61,690 bases of DNA from contig JAGSHN010000003.1 of the NCBI GenBank assembly GCA_029855935.1, positions 1 to 61,690 of the forward strand, written 5' to 3'. Numbering within the stretch: position 1 is the stretch's first letter; each line of letters starts with the position of its first letter. A program made the position numbers and the translations under genes. A model generated the notes under the pieces. That model was not told the DNA's origin. It searched no databases and saw nothing but the letters and a program-made list of their open reading frames with translations. Below are positions 20,182-30,890 of the stretch, piece after piece. The stretch comes from Candidatus Thorarchaeota archaeon (lineage in GTDB: Archaea; Asgardarchaeota; Thorarchaeia; Thorarchaeales; Thorarchaeaceae).

Positions 20182-21366
20182 ATGCCGTGGACAGTACGGG
20201 ACAGTATGACACAGGGTGGCCCGTATGTGACGGTTGTCGGTGCAGGTCATGGCGGACGTGGCCTGGCGGCCTACCTATCTCTCAGTGGATACGAGGTGAC
20301 GCTCTACAACCGCACGATTGAGAACGTGCTGGAGATTCAGCGACTGGGCGGGATACACATCACGGGTATAGTGGAGGGCTTCGCCCCGCTGCGTCTTGTC
20401 ACTGATGACATGGGTGCCGCCATAAGGGACAGCGATATGATCATCATCACGGTGCCTGCGAACGCGCACGCATGGATTGCAGAGAGGATGGCCCCTCATC
20501 TCAGGTCGGGGCAGCTGGTGCTGCTGATGCCCGGTCGCACCGGTGGCGCGCTGGAGTTCTCGCAGGTCCTGTCCGCCAACTCCTGTACGAGCGAGATCCT
20601 CCTCGGCGAGGCAGAGACGTACGTGTTCGTCTCGAGGATGACGGGCCCCTCCTCGGTCCACGTCTCGAAGGTGAAGAACTACGTCCGGGTGAGCGCCTTT
20701 CCTGCAATCTCGAACCGCAGGTTCATCCGTCGTCTGAGGCGACTGCCGCTGTCCTTCAAGCTGGCAGACAATGTCATGGAGACCGGTCTCGACAATATGG
20801 GCGCGATGCTCCACCCGGCACCGACAATTCTCTCTGCTGGGCTCCTGGAGTCTCGAGGTGGGGGCTACAACCACTATCACGAGGCGATCTCTCCGACCGT
20901 GGCGCGGCTCATCGAGCGGATGGACGCCGAGCGTGTCAGTGTGGCAAGGGCGTTGTCGCTGAGCCCAATGACGCTCTTAGAGTGGTTCGAGGAGTCCTAT
21001 GATGCCACAGGTGCGAACCTGTACGATGCGATACGCAAGGTCGACGCCTATCGGGGTGTGGGCTCGCCGTCCAGTCTGCATCATCGCTATGTGCTTGAGG
21101 ATGTCCCGACAGGACTGGTGCCTATCTCCCATCTCGGTCGTCTGGTCGGTGTCGACACTCCTGCTATTGATGCTGTGGTCAATATGGCCTGCCAGCTCTA
21201 TGAGCGCTCCTTCTGGCACGAGGGACGCAATCTCTCCAGACTGGGCCTCAGTGGTCTCACGCCAGCTGATGTGATCGAATACGTCAACACGGGAATGCGT
21301 GCCGTCGAGGTGTCACTGCTGGAGGAGCTGTGGAGCATCTACGGGATGGAGGTGGACGAGGTATGA
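20182..21366 (+). CDS. NAD/NADP octopine/nopaline (opine) dehydrogenase family protein
   Basis: GAGHGG Rossmann motif, PGRTGGALEF, N.GAMLHP, MDAERV, RYVLEDVPTGLVP. Confidence 0.88.
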   Translation: MPWTVRDSMTQGGPYVTVVGAGHGGRGLAAYLSLSGYEVTLYNRTIENVLEIQRLGGIHITGIVEGFAPLRLVTDDMGAAIRDSDMIIITVPANAHAWIAERMAPHLRSGQLVLLMPGRTGGALEFSQVLSANSCTSEILLGEAETYVFVSRMTGPSSVHVSKVKNYVRVSAFPAISNRRFIRRLRRLPLSFKLADNVMETGLDNMGAMLHPAPTILSAGLLESRGGGYNHYHEAISPTVARLIERMDAERVSVARALSLSPMTLLEWFEESYDATGANLYDAIRKVDAYRGVGSPSSLHHRYVLEDVPTGLVPISHLGRLVGVDTPAIDAVVNMACQLYERSFWHEGRNLSRLGLSGLTPADVIEYVNTGMRAVEVSLLEELWSIYGMEVDEV

Positions 21367-23015
21367 AGATTCTGGCTGCTGCGATTGGAAATGATGTCCA
21401 TGTTGCTGGTGTCCTGTCCTTTCTGTCGCAGGCCGAGGCCGAGGGACACGAGACCATATTCCTTGGTCCGGCGACATCAATTGAGACGCTCATCGAACAG
21501 GTCAGGGTGCACGACCCGGACCTGATTGGCGTGAGCTACCGGCTCACTGCTGAGAGTGCCGAGGGCCTGTTCAGAGAGCTGAAGAGGGCGATTGAGAGTG
21601 AGGGCCTGCAGGACAAGCGATGGGTACTGGGCTGCACCGCACCGGTGAAACCCGTGGCCGAGAGGTTCGGCATCTTTGAGGAGATCTTCACGGGCTTCTC
21701 AACGGCTGACGACACGTTGTCCTTCCTGCGTGGCCGCACCCAGATGAGTCCTACAGAGCAGTATCCTCAGGACCTGATGTCGAGGATATCGGCGAAGGCG
21801 CCCGTGCCGATCCTCAGACACCACTTTGGCCTGCCATCACTTGAGGAGACCATCGAGGGCGTGGCGAAGATCGCAGAGGCAAAGGTTCTCGATGTTATCT
21901 CTCTCGGTCCCGACCAGAACGCTCAGGAGTCGTTCTTCCGTCCTGAGGAGATGCGTGAGTACCTTGTCGGTGATGGTGGCGTCCCACTGCGTGACCCGTC
22001 CGACCTGCGCAGGATATACGAGGCCTCGCGTCGTGGAAACTATCCGCTCCTGCGCTGTTACAGTGGCACGCGTGACCTCCTGAAGTGGGCCGAGATGCTC
22101 CACGAGACCATCAACAACGCTTGGTGTGCCACGCCACTGATGTGGTACAGCGAGCTCGATGGGAGGAGCACGCGTCCGCTGGAGGAGGCGATCAGAGAGA
22201 ACATGGCCAATCACAGGTGGCATGCGGAGCACGGTATCCCAGTGGAGTTCAACGAGCCTCATCATTGGAGCCTGCGCAGTGCCCACGACACGATCGCAGC
22301 GGCAATGGCGTATCTCTCAGCATACAATGCCAAGGCGGCGGGAGTGAGTGTCTACGTGGCGCAGTATATGCTGAACACCCCGCTCGGGACGTCCCCGAGG
22401 AACGACCTTGCCAAGACGCTGGCCAAGATCGAGCTTGTGGAGTCGCTCCACGACGAGCACTTCACCTCCGTCAGACAGGTGCGTCCGGGTCTGTTCTCGT
22501 ATCCCCCAGACCTCGATATGGGCAGGGGACAGCTGGCAGCATCTGTCTACACGGGGATGATGCTGCGCCCACACATTGTCCACGTTGTCGGCTATTGTGA
22601 GGCCGACCATGCTGCGACCGCCGATGAGGTGATAGAGAGCTGCAAGATTGCGCGGCGCGTGATACATGACTGTCTGTACGGACTCCCCGACCCGTTGCAG
22701 GACAGGGAGATACTGCGTCGCAAGGAGGAGCTTGTGCAGGAGGCGCGTCTTCTCGTGCGTGCAATCGCCTCCGTGGGCGAGCCTGATGCGCCAGACCCGC
22801 TCACCGACCCCAGGACCTACGTCCGGGCGGTCGAGATGGGCATACTGGATGCGCCCCATCTGCGAGGCAACTCGATTGCTCGCGGCGAGCTGAAGACACG
22901 GATGGTGGGCGGCGCGTGCGTCGCTGTCGATCCCGACACTGGGGAGCCGATTGACGAGGCCACTCGCCTAGAGATGCTGGGACTTGACGTCAAGAGCCTC
23001 ATCAGTGCCAGATGA
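21363..23015 (+). CDS. Cobalamin-binding domain fused to a glutamate-mutase-E-like TIM barrel (putative AdoCbl-dependent mutase)
   Basis: N-terminal DVHVAG (DxHxxG) ... GVSYRL; the barrel resembles GlmE by eye (GIPVEFNE, AYNAKAAGV, HVVGYCEA); ATGA overlap with the opine dehydrogenase. Confidence 0.7.
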   Translation: MKILAAAIGNDVHVAGVLSFLSQAEAEGHETIFLGPATSIETLIEQVRVHDPDLIGVSYRLTAESAEGLFRELKRAIESEGLQDKRWVLGCTAPVKPVAERFGIFEEIFTGFSTADDTLSFLRGRTQMSPTEQYPQDLMSRISAKAPVPILRHHFGLPSLEETIEGVAKIAEAKVLDVISLGPDQNAQESFFRPEEMREYLVGDGGVPLRDPSDLRRIYEASRRGNYPLLRCYSGTRDLLKWAEMLHETINNAWCATPLMWYSELDGRSTRPLEEAIRENMANHRWHAEHGIPVEFNEPHHWSLRSAHDTIAAAMAYLSAYNAKAAGVSVYVAQYMLNTPLGTSPRNDLAKTLAKIELVESLHDEHFTSVRQVRPGLFSYPPDLDMGRGQLAASVYTGMMLRPHIVHVVGYCEADHAATADEVIESCKIARRVIHDCLYGLPDPLQDREILRRKEELVQEARLLVRAIASVGEPDAPDPLTDPRTYVRAVEMGILDAPHLRGNSIARGELKTRMVGGACVAVDPDTGEPIDEATRLEMLGLDVKSLISAR

Positions 23016-23197
23016 GGGCGAGCGTCCTCCGACATGCTCGGTCTGTCCATCGGCGCACTGAGAACATGGTGCGGCGACTCGTCTCCTCCTGGCGCAGTGC
23101 AGGACAATGGTCGACGACGGGGATGGGCCCTCAGGCCCTCCGCCCCATACGAGCGCCCGCTCTCTCTCCTCATCACCCTCTGCCCACATGGTCTGGG

Positions 23198-25216
23198 CTA
23201 CGCATTGAGTAGCCTGTGGGCCCTCTCGACGATGTTGTCGACAGTGAATCCGAACTTCTCAAAGAGCACCCTGTAAGGCGCGCTCTTGCCGAACTCCTCA
23301 ATCGAGATGACGTCCCCTGCAGGACCGACCCACCGTTCCCAACCCATTCCCACTCCCGCCTCGACAGCAAGGCGGCGTGTGACAGATGGCGGGAGAACGC
23401 TGTCACGGTACTCTGCTGGCTGCGCCTCAAACAGATCCCAGCTCGGAAACGAGACGACTCTTGTTCTTGTGCCCTCTGCAGCGAGTCGCTCTCCGGCCTC
23501 GAGAACGAGATGCACCTCGGATCCACTTGCCATCAGTATGACATCCGGGGGCTCTCCGTCAGTGCCCTCTGGCAGGTCGGCAAGAACATAGGCACCTCTT
23601 GAGAGGCCTGAGGCATCTCCGTATCTCTGACGGTCTATGACTGGCACCCTCTGTCGGGTGAAGATGAGCGCTGTGGGTCCGTTGTCTCTGCCGAGCGCGA
23701 CACGCCATGCCTCTGCCACCTCGTTCGCATCGGCTGGTCGGATCAGGCACAGGCCGGGCATCGCCCGCAGAGAGGCGAGATGCTCTATCGGCTGATGCGT
23801 GGGTCCGTCCTCACCAAGGCCGATACTGTCGTGGGTGAACCACCAGATGCTCGGATATCGTGACATTGCTGAGAGGCGTATCGCGGGACGCATGTAGTCG
23901 GAGAAGATAAAGAAGGTCCCGGCGAAGGGTCTCAGCCCTCCGTGGACGGCCAGTCCATTCGTGATGGCGGCCATTGCGTGTTCTCTCACTCCATAGTGGA
24001 TGTTGCGCCCCCCTGGTTGGTCGGCCTGAAACGACGTGCTCCCCTCTATCCAAGTCTTGTTCGAGGGTGTCAGGTCTGCAGAGCCACCGAAGAGTTCGGG
24101 AAGTAGGTCAGCGAGCGCGTTCAGCACTCTTCCTGACGCCACACGGGTTGCCATCCCCCTCTCGTCTGCCGGGAAGGAAGGTATTCTCTCCTCCCAGCCG
24201 TCCTGCAGGCGTCGCTGCATCCGCCTCTCGAACTCTTGCGCACGGTCGGGATGGTCTCTCCTATAGGCCTCAAAGACGGCCCTCCACTCCTCTTCGTACT
24301 GGCGGCCCCTGTCCACGGCCTGCCGGAAGTGCTCAAGCGCGTCGTCCGGGATGTAGAACATGGGCTCTACCGGCCAACCAAGGCGCTCCTTGGCGCCACG
24401 CAGCTCCTCCTCTCCCGGTGGGGCACCGTGTGAGGCCTCAGAGTCCTGTATTGTGGGGAAACCGTACCCTATGTGCGTCCTGCAGAGTATGATCGATGGT
24501 CTCGGGTCTTTCTTCGCCTCCGTGATGGCCCTGTCAATGGCATCCACGTCGTTGCCATCACTCACTCTCTGAGTGTGCCAGCCCTGCGCCTCGAACCTCG
24601 CCATCACGTCCTCCGTGAATGTGAGTCCTGTTGAGCCATCTATGGATATCCTGTTGTCGTCATACAGCACGATGAGCTTGCTCAGGCCAAGATGGCCGGC
24701 CAGTGAGGAGGCCTCATAGGATATCCCCTCCATCAGGTCGCCGTCGCTGGCGAGCACAAATGTGTAGTGGTCGACGATGATGTGATCCTCTGTGTTGAAG
24801 GTCGCGGCGAGATGTCTCTCGGCAATGGCGAGACCCACCGCATTGGCGAATCCCTGCCCTAGAGGCCCTGTCGTGACCTCCACACCTGGCGTGACCCCAT
24901 ACTCCGGATGGCCGGGAGTGCCACTCTCCCACTGTCTGAACCTCTTGATCTGCTCAAGTGACAGGTCGTAGCCGGTGAGATGGAGTATGGAGTAGAGCAG
25001 CATCGAGCCGTGACCGCCGGACAGGACGAACCTGTCCCTGTCGGGCCACTGGGGATTTCGGGGGTTGAATCGCATATGTCGCATCCAGACCGTGTAGATC
25101 ATGGGTGCAGCTCCCATGCACATTCCCGGATGCCCGGAGTTTGCAGTCTGTATCGCATCGGCGGAGAGGAACCTGATTGTATTGATGGCCCTGTTCTGAA
25201 TCTCTCGGTCGGTCAT
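23198..25216 (-). CDS. tkt: Transketolase (single-chain, bacterial type)
   Basis: [33 protein letters not shown]..., [18 protein letters not shown]. Start ATG 25216. Confidence 0.95.
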   Translation of the reverse strand: MTDREIQNRAINTIRFLSADAIQTANSGHPGMCMGAAPMIYTVWMRHMRFNPRNPQWPDRDRFVLSGGHGSMLLYSILHLTGYDLSLEQIKRFRQWESGTPGHPEYGVTPGVEVTTGPLGQGFANAVGLAIAERHLAATFNTEDHIIVDHYTFVLASDGDLMEGISYEASSLAGHLGLSKLIVLYDDNRISIDGSTGLTFTEDVMARFEAQGWHTQRVSDGNDVDAIDRAITEAKKDPRPSIILCRTHIGYGFPTIQDSEASHGAPPGEEELRGAKERLGWPVEPMFYIPDDALEHFRQAVDRGRQYEEEWRAVFEAYRRDHPDRAQEFERRMQRRLQDGWEERIPSFPADERGMATRVASGRVLNALADLLPELFGGSADLTPSNKTWIEGSTSFQADQPGGRNIHYGVREHAMAAITNGLAVHGGLRPFAGTFFIFSDYMRPAIRLSAMSRYPSIWWFTHDSIGLGEDGPTHQPIEHLASLRAMPGLCLIRPADANEVAEAWRVALGRDNGPTALIFTRQRVPVIDRQRYGDASGLSRGAYVLADLPEGTDGEPPDVILMASGSEVHLVLEAGERLAAEGTRTRVVSFPSWDLFEAQPAEYRDSVLPPSVTRRLAVEAGVGMGWERWVGPAGDVISIEEFGKSAPYRVLFEKFGFTVDNIVERAHRLLNA

Positions 25217-25349
25217 TTTCGTTCGATGACTCTCCCTTGTCTTCGGGGGGCTTGCTGCGGGTCCAAGACTATGGTCCCAATAAGTGCTATGCTTCCCTCT
25301 CCTCATGTCAGATGCACCAAAGCGCTCTGTCGGGGACGAGCACGACGGG

Positions 25350-26579
25350 CTACAGCCCCTTCTCAAGGGTCATCCGTACGGCATCATCGATTGCCTTCTG
25401 GAGTCGCGGTGGCAGGTCAGGCGCCTTGAGATGCATGAACCCTCTCACAATGAGCGATGTTGCCTCGTCCTCCGTGAGGCCCCTCGACATAAGGTAGTTC
25501 AACTGGTCTGCTCCGACCTTGCCGACGGTTGCCTCGTGACTCAGTTCGACCCCCTCTGCCGAGGCATCCAGAATGGGGACTGCCCTTATCCCCGCCGAGT
25601 CGCTGAGCAGAAGGCCATTGCACTCCAGCCTCGCTCTGACACCGTTCACCCGGCCCTGCAGCTCGCCACGCGCTATGATCTGCGACTGGTCGGTGGCAAT
25701 CGTCCGTGATATCACCTTCCCGCGTGTCCCTCTGGCCTCCAGACTGAGCAGGCCTCCCACGTCGTACTTGGACGTCCCCGTACCATAGACCACTGTGTAC
25801 AGGTCCGCACGGGCATTGCGTCCCACTAGATGCACCTTAGGATAGGTCTGAAGTGACTTGACGGGACTCAGTATTGCATACGATGAGACATACACGCCAT
25901 TCGTGTCTACCATGACGCCAGTGCGTGGCCGCACGTCGACAGCCTCATTCCACTTATGGACCATCGTGAACGTCAGTCGTGCGTCCCTCTTCACGTAGAA
26001 CTCTGAGATACCGAGGTGCAGCGCCCGCTCGACGTGCGAGGGTGTGGCGCACCCCGTCACGATGTGCAGCTCGGCCCCCTGCTCGGCAATCACGATGTTA
26101 TGAACATTCTGAATTGACCGTCCCTTCTTTATCACAAGACAGGTCTGAACAGGCATCTCAATCTTGGCGCCCTCCTCCGCGCGGATGAAGTAACCATCGT
26201 AACCGTGGAGTTCGCTCAGTGCCGTGTATTTGTCCGCGTCGACGGGGACGGCTCTCCAGAGGTAGTCTTCCAGCCAGTCGTACTTCTCTAGTGCTCTCCG
26301 TGTGGGTAGTACCTCGAGCCCCTCTTGCTTGATCATGACATCCGCGAGTACGCTCTCGTTGTCGAACTGCATGAACGAGCCGGCAACACTCCTCTGGCCG
26401 ACATCGAAGCCGACCTCCTCAAGGAGCATCCGGTCCTCGTCTGTCAGCTCCTTGACATCGAGCCTGCGCTCCTCTGTCTCCTCCACTCTGTACTCGCTGA
26501 GATCCAGGTCGTCTCCGAAGACTGATGGCCGGTCCAGTGCCCTCCTTGCTCTCTCCTTGATGTCATCGCTGTCTGCCAA
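25350..26579 (-). CDS. sufB: SufB/SufD-family Fe-S scaffold (archaeal SufBD/SmsB)
   Basis: [44 protein letters not shown]...IV.GF. Confidence 0.9.
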   Translation of the reverse strand: MADSDDIKERARRALDRPSVFGDDLDLSEYRVEETEERRLDVKELTDEDRMLLEEVGFDVGQRSVAGSFMQFDNESVLADVMIKQEGLEVLPTRRALEKYDWLEDYLWRAVPVDADKYTALSELHGYDGYFIRAEEGAKIEMPVQTCLVIKKGRSIQNVHNIVIAEQGAELHIVTGCATPSHVERALHLGISEFYVKRDARLTFTMVHKWNEAVDVRPRTGVMVDTNGVYVSSYAILSPVKSLQTYPKVHLVGRNARADLYTVVYGTGTSKYDVGGLLSLEARGTRGKVISRTIATDQSQIIARGELQGRVNGVRARLECNGLLLSDSAGIRAVPILDASAEGVELSHEATVGKVGADQLNYLMSRGLTEDEATSLIVRGFMHLKAPDLPPRLQKAIDDAVRMTLEKGL

Positions 26580-26600
26580 CAGGACTCACCCTCTATCTGT

Positions 26601-27383
26601 CTATGTCGTGGCTGCAGTCTCGGCCAGAAACCGCTCGTAGCCCTTCTCCTCCAGTTCTGGGATGACGCTCATGTCCCCTGTGTAGACGACTCTGCCGTTC
26701 TGAAGAATGTATACCTTGTCGACCTCGAGGAACTCAAGGATGTATCTGTGATGACTTATGACGACCATCGTGGTCGACTTCTCCTCCCTTATCGCTCGCA
26801 GTTCGCGTCCGACTATCTTCAGGGAGTCATAGTCGAGGCCACTGTCCGGCTCGTCTAGGAACATTATCTTTGGTCTCATCGACAGTACCTGAAAGAGCTC
26901 GCTGCGCTTCATCTCGCCACCGGAGAAACCATCGTTGAGGTCGCGCCCTGCGAGATTGCCGATTCCCAGCCTGTCAAAGTCGTCATACAGCTCCTTTCGG
27001 CACGTACACTGCTCTGCCATGAGGTAGTCCTCTGACGTGCGACAGAGATACTCCGGACAGATCCTGCAGATGAACTCCTCAAGAGTGACACCCGGGATCG
27101 TGGGCGGAGTCTGAAACGCGTAGGCTATCCCCATCCTTGCACGCTCGGTGATGCTCTTGTCGAGAATGGAGTCGCCCTCGAAGAGGATGTCACCACCCTT
27201 GACCTCGTACTCCGGGAGTCCCATCACAGTCTTCGCGAGTGTCGACTTCCCCGATGCGTTGGGGCCGAGGACGGCGTACACCTTGCCTCGCTCAAACTCC
27301 ATGTCCACGCCGCGGAGTATCGGGACGCCTCTCACCTCCACGCGGAGGCCCATGATCTGCATCAATGGCTCTGGTGTCGACAT
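26601..27383 (-). CDS. sufC: Fe-S assembly ATPase SufC/SmsC
   Basis: GPNASGKS, ERARMGI..AFQ.P, NDGFSGGEMKRSE, DEPDSGLD; adjacent to sufBD. Confidence 0.9.
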   Translation of the reverse strand: MSTPEPLMQIMGLRVEVRGVPILRGVDMEFERGKVYAVLGPNASGKSTLAKTVMGLPEYEVKGGDILFEGDSILDKSITERARMGIAYAFQTPPTIPGVTLEEFICRICPEYLCRTSEDYLMAEQCTCRKELYDDFDRLGIGNLAGRDLNDGFSGGEMKRSELFQVLSMRPKIMFLDEPDSGLDYDSLKIVGRELRAIREEKSTTMVVISHHRYILEFLEVDKVYILQNGRVVYTGDMSVIPELEEKGYERFLAETAATT

Positions 27384-27444
27384 CGGACTACCTCGATTCA
27401 TCATAGTTAACTCAGTGGTTTTAACGGTATTGAAAGGGGCGAAC

Positions 27445-27876
27445 CTACCTCTTCGAATAGGTGCCCATCAACTGTGCCGAGTCGATCTTGTGACGCTCGC
27501 ACTCCTCTCGGAAATTGCGCTTCGTCACATCGCCAAGGCTGGGGACATCGAGGGCGTAGAGCGTAAAGAAGTATCGGTGTGTTCCCGAGGGGGGTGCTGG
27601 TCCGCCCCACTCGACGATGCCGAAGTCATTCTTGACCTGTCTACCAGGCACTGGTCCACCCGCCGGTATCTCTCTGACATCGGCCGGTATCTCGTGGACG
27701 AGCCAGTGGATCCAGTCCCCCACGGGGGCATCAGGGTCGTTGCAGACGAGCGCAAAGCTCTTCGTCCCCTCTGGCACGTCGTCCCAGGCGAGGTGAGGGC
27801 TCCTGTTGCCCCGGCGATACGCACAGGCATCCGGTATCGGCTCTCCATTCTTGAAGTCATCACTCCACAGTCGCAT
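27445..27876 (-). CDS. YbhB/YbcL (PEBP/Raf kinase inhibitor-like) protein
   Basis: SPHLAW..VPEGTKSFALVCNDPDAP...WIHW, GP.PPSGTHRYFF.LYALD. Confidence 0.92.
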   Translation of the reverse strand: MRLWSDDFKNGEPIPDACAYRRGNRSPHLAWDDVPEGTKSFALVCNDPDAPVGDWIHWLVHEIPADVREIPAGGPVPGRQVKNDFGIVEWGGPAPPSGTHRYFFTLYALDVPSLGDVTKRNFREECERHKIDSAQLMGTYSKR

Positions 27877-28078
27877 CTGTCTTCTCACCGACTGTTCATG
27901 ATGCAATAACTCGCTCTTCTGCGTTGTGATTCTGCTGGCCCCTGACGTGATGACGTGCCCATCAGCAGTACCCCCGCCATCAATACTGACTGGATAGGTA
28001 CTCACATTGTTTCCCGACGGTGATATACCTATCATCACGCTTTTAGCGCCAGCAGACAGTCCCGACACGGGATTCAAC

Positions 28079-28549
28079 ATGACAGAGATTCAGAAGTCCT
28101 TTGAGCGCCTCATCAATCTCGCCATCCAGCGGGAGGTGGAGGCATACGAGTTCTACATGAAGGCCGCCGAACAGGCCGAGCTGACCTCCTCTGCTGAGCT
28201 GCTGCGCGAGCTGGCAAGACAGGAGGAGGGCCACAAGCGAAAGCTTGAGAGGGCTCTCTCAGAGGGCGTTGTGACGACGTTCGGGGATGTCTCCAATGCC
28301 GAGGAGGCGATCACAGTTCTGGACCGCTACCTTGTGGACGTCCCACTGCGACCCGACTCGTCACCACAGGACATTCTCGTTGTTGCCATCAAGCGCGAGC
28401 AGAATGCGCAGGCGTTCTATCAGCGTCTTGCAGAGATGGTATCTCATCCTGGGCACAAGGCAGTCTTCGAGACACTGGCGCACGAGGAGCAGACGCACAA
28501 GGAACGGCTTGAGCGCATCTATGATGACATCTTCCAGCCTGACCTGTGA
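28079..28549 (+). CDS. Rubrerythrin/ferritin-like diiron protein
   Basis: Two AI..E..A..FY / LA.EE..H motifs. Confidence 0.88.
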   Translation: MTEIQKSFERLINLAIQREVEAYEFYMKAAEQAELTSSAELLRELARQEEGHKRKLERALSEGVVTTFGDVSNAEEAITVLDRYLVDVPLRPDSSPQDILVVAIKREQNAQAFYQRLAEMVSHPGHKAVFETLAHEEQTHKERLERIYDDIFQPDL

Positions 28550-28779
28550 GGAGCAGTGAGCATTCCACCATCGGGTGGCCTGCCGACCCTCGGTTCGGCA
28601 GCGACTCTCCTCTACGTCCGCACAGCAGTCTGCGTATCGGCACCATGCCTGTCTGTGACAGAGGGCGATGCACGGCTGATTCGTGGTGCCGGTGTGCAGG
28701 ATAGAGAGAGGGAGGGGGAGCGTGGAGCCAGCAGGGCCCGCGCCATCCCAGATGACCTATGCCGCTCCCATACCTGTTC

Positions 28780-30060
28780 TCACTGTCGATGCAGCAGCGG
28801 GGCTGCGATGAAGGTGAGGCCTCTCTTTGTGAGCTCTCTGGCAGTCCTGTTCAGTGCATCGTGCTTGTCGAGGTAGTTGCGCGTCAGGTACGGCATCAGG
28901 CCCTTCTCGATGATCTCCTCCTTCGGGAGGAAGTACTCAAGGATGTCACTTGGATGCTCGCGTTTTGCATCGACCTCCGGGACTCCACCCTCGTGCTTCG
29001 CACTGATGTTCTTCACGTGGTCTGCGACCTCCAGCAGTTCCTCCAGTCTGTCATACGGCTGGCGGACAATGTGCTTGAAGGTCTCAGTGATGTGATGCTC
29101 TATCCTTACAACGTCCTCGAAGCCGAAGTTCTCACGGATGTACGCCGCCATCTCTATAGTTTCATTGTTGACACTGTTGCTCAGGTTGAAGCCGATCAGC
29201 GGGCTCGTGCCGTCCGGCCGGCTGAACAGCTTTGCCGTCATCAGTGTCCACAGGCACGCGTACGGATTGTCATTGCCCATAAAGACGCTGATCTTGAACT
29301 CCATATCGACACCTAGCTTGTGGAGCATATAGCCGAGCAGCACAGTTCCCGGGTTGATGTTGAGCACCTGCTTGATCCCGTACTTGGTGTAGTAGTAGAG
29401 ATACTCGTCCAGCCAGCGCAGAGCGAACCTGTTCGGCTGGCCCACGCCGCCAAAGTATCCGGTGATGGTGTCGGGACCACCAAGATGAACATTGACGGGC
29501 AGTCCGTCAGGACCCGGGTATGTCCCCTTGCTGTCAAGGGTCTCCACGTAGGATGAACCAGTGATCTGCATTGCCGCAGCAAAGGCGGGCAGGTCACCGT
29601 CCTCCTCCTGCTCCTTCATCTTGCGGACTCGGATGAACCGTCCCGGCATCAGCTCCTCTCGTTCGAGTGCGACCTTTGCCTCCTCTATCACCCACGGAAA
29701 GTACTGACATGCGCTTATCTCAAGGGTGACGGCAAACGAATCATCGAAGGTCATTGAGTCGGCCCTGTCACCAAGCACCTTTCTCCTGTAGTCCTGAACC
29801 GTTATGAATGCACCCTCATCACGGCGCTCCTGTAGCCAGTGGAGGTCCTTGATATACGACGGACTCTTCTTCTCCACCAGCGCCATCAGGTTGTCCAGCC
29901 TGCGCGCCTCGGCGGCCTGTCGGTTGATCTCCTCCACACCGCCATACTTGTCCACTATCTCGAGCAGATCGTTCACCAGAGGATTGTCCTCCCGAAGGAG
30001 GAACTCGTTTATCTCCTCCAGTCGCTGAGGGTCTATCCTGAGCTTCTCTCGGTCTACCAT
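28780..30060 (-). CDS. Uncharacterised soluble protein (probable TIM-barrel enzyme)
   Basis: 426-aa ORF with host-like codon use and enzyme-like Gly/His-rich motifs (NVHLGG, EHHITE, AKHEGG); family not recognised. Confidence 0.75.
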   Translation of the reverse strand: MVDREKLRIDPQRLEEINEFLLREDNPLVNDLLEIVDKYGGVEEINRQAAEARRLDNLMALVEKKSPSYIKDLHWLQERRDEGAFITVQDYRRKVLGDRADSMTFDDSFAVTLEISACQYFPWVIEEAKVALEREELMPGRFIRVRKMKEQEEDGDLPAFAAAMQITGSSYVETLDSKGTYPGPDGLPVNVHLGGPDTITGYFGGVGQPNRFALRWLDEYLYYYTKYGIKQVLNINPGTVLLGYMLHKLGVDMEFKISVFMGNDNPYACLWTLMTAKLFSRPDGTSPLIGFNLSNSVNNETIEMAAYIRENFGFEDVVRIEHHITETFKHIVRQPYDRLEELLEVADHVKNISAKHEGGVPEVDAKREHPSDILEYFLPKEEIIEKGLMPYLTRNYLDKHDALNRTARELTKRGLTFIAAPLLHRQ

Positions 30061-30257
30061 TGTCCAGCCTTCCTTGAACGAGTGCTTGAATATCTCAGTG
30101 CGTGCCCTCTCATACTGATAAAGGGTATGGCGTCCTGCCATTCGATATCTCGTCGGGTCTCTGGCTCACCACTCGGCTGACACATCTCCTGTTGACATGC
30201 CAGACTGCTGCACGGTCTACAACACCGTGCAGAGGCACGTGGCCGTCATACGGGCCG

Positions 30258-30824
30258 CTACCGCACCTCTATGTCCCCGCCAATCACTGGCAGGATAAGC
30301 CCGCGCAGCCGTGGTCCTATCAGTGCCGTGACGACTCCCCCGACAGTCACCTGTATCACGTTGATTGAGATGAGCTCTGCCAGTGCCGCCTCCGGTGTTA
30401 TCAGGAGGACTAGGGTCTCTCCGAGATAGTAGCCCAACAGCATCGCGATGGCGCCGAGGATGATTCCCACCACGTCCAATGCAGTGAGTTGGTCTACCCT
30501 CCTTGACCGCCACGAGAACAGGCCGACCATAAGACCCTCCGTCCCCTTGACCACCAGCGTGATGGGAGCGAAGAAGACGTAGCCTAGCCCCACATCGGCC
30601 ATCATCGAGCCCACGCCGCCCGCCACGAGTCCACCGACGGGGCCGAGGATCATCCCGCTTGTCATCACCAATATGTCCCCCACGTTCAGGTATCCGGTCG
30701 TGGTCGGGAATGGTATCACCAAGACCATAGTCGCTGCTGCAGTCAGTGCCGTCATCATGGCCACAGTGGCAAGGTACACAGGGTTCGTCGTCGTCCTTGT
30801 GGGTCGGTTCATCTCGATGTTCAT
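30258..30824 (-). CDS. ECF transporter S component (PdxU2/HmpT-like group)
   Basis: A.MTAL...AT, IP.P.T.GYLNVGD, GP..G..AGGVGS..AD, APITLVVKG.EG; about 6 TM segments. Confidence 0.85.
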   Translation of the reverse strand: MNIEMNRPTRTTTNPVYLATVAMMTALTAAATMVLVIPFPTTTGYLNVGDILVMTSGMILGPVGGLVAGGVGSMMADVGLGYVFFAPITLVVKGTEGLMVGLFSWRSRRVDQLTALDVVGIILGAIAMLLGYYLGETLVLLITPEAALAELISINVIQVTVGGVVTALIGPRLRGLILPVIGGDIEVR

Positions 30825-30855
30825 CCTGCTGTCACCGCCGCCTGTCGCATCAACA

Positions 30856-30885
30856 TAATATATAAGCCTAAGCCTATATATAGGC
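30856..30885. promoter_or_regulatory. Divergent TATA boxes overlapped by the perfect 14-bp palindrome GCCTATATATAGGC
   Basis: 66-bp intergenic region with TAATATATAAG (30856-30866) and the palindrome at 30872-30885, ending 5 bp before the ATG at 30891. Confidence 0.7.
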
Positions 30886-30890
30886 GGGCG

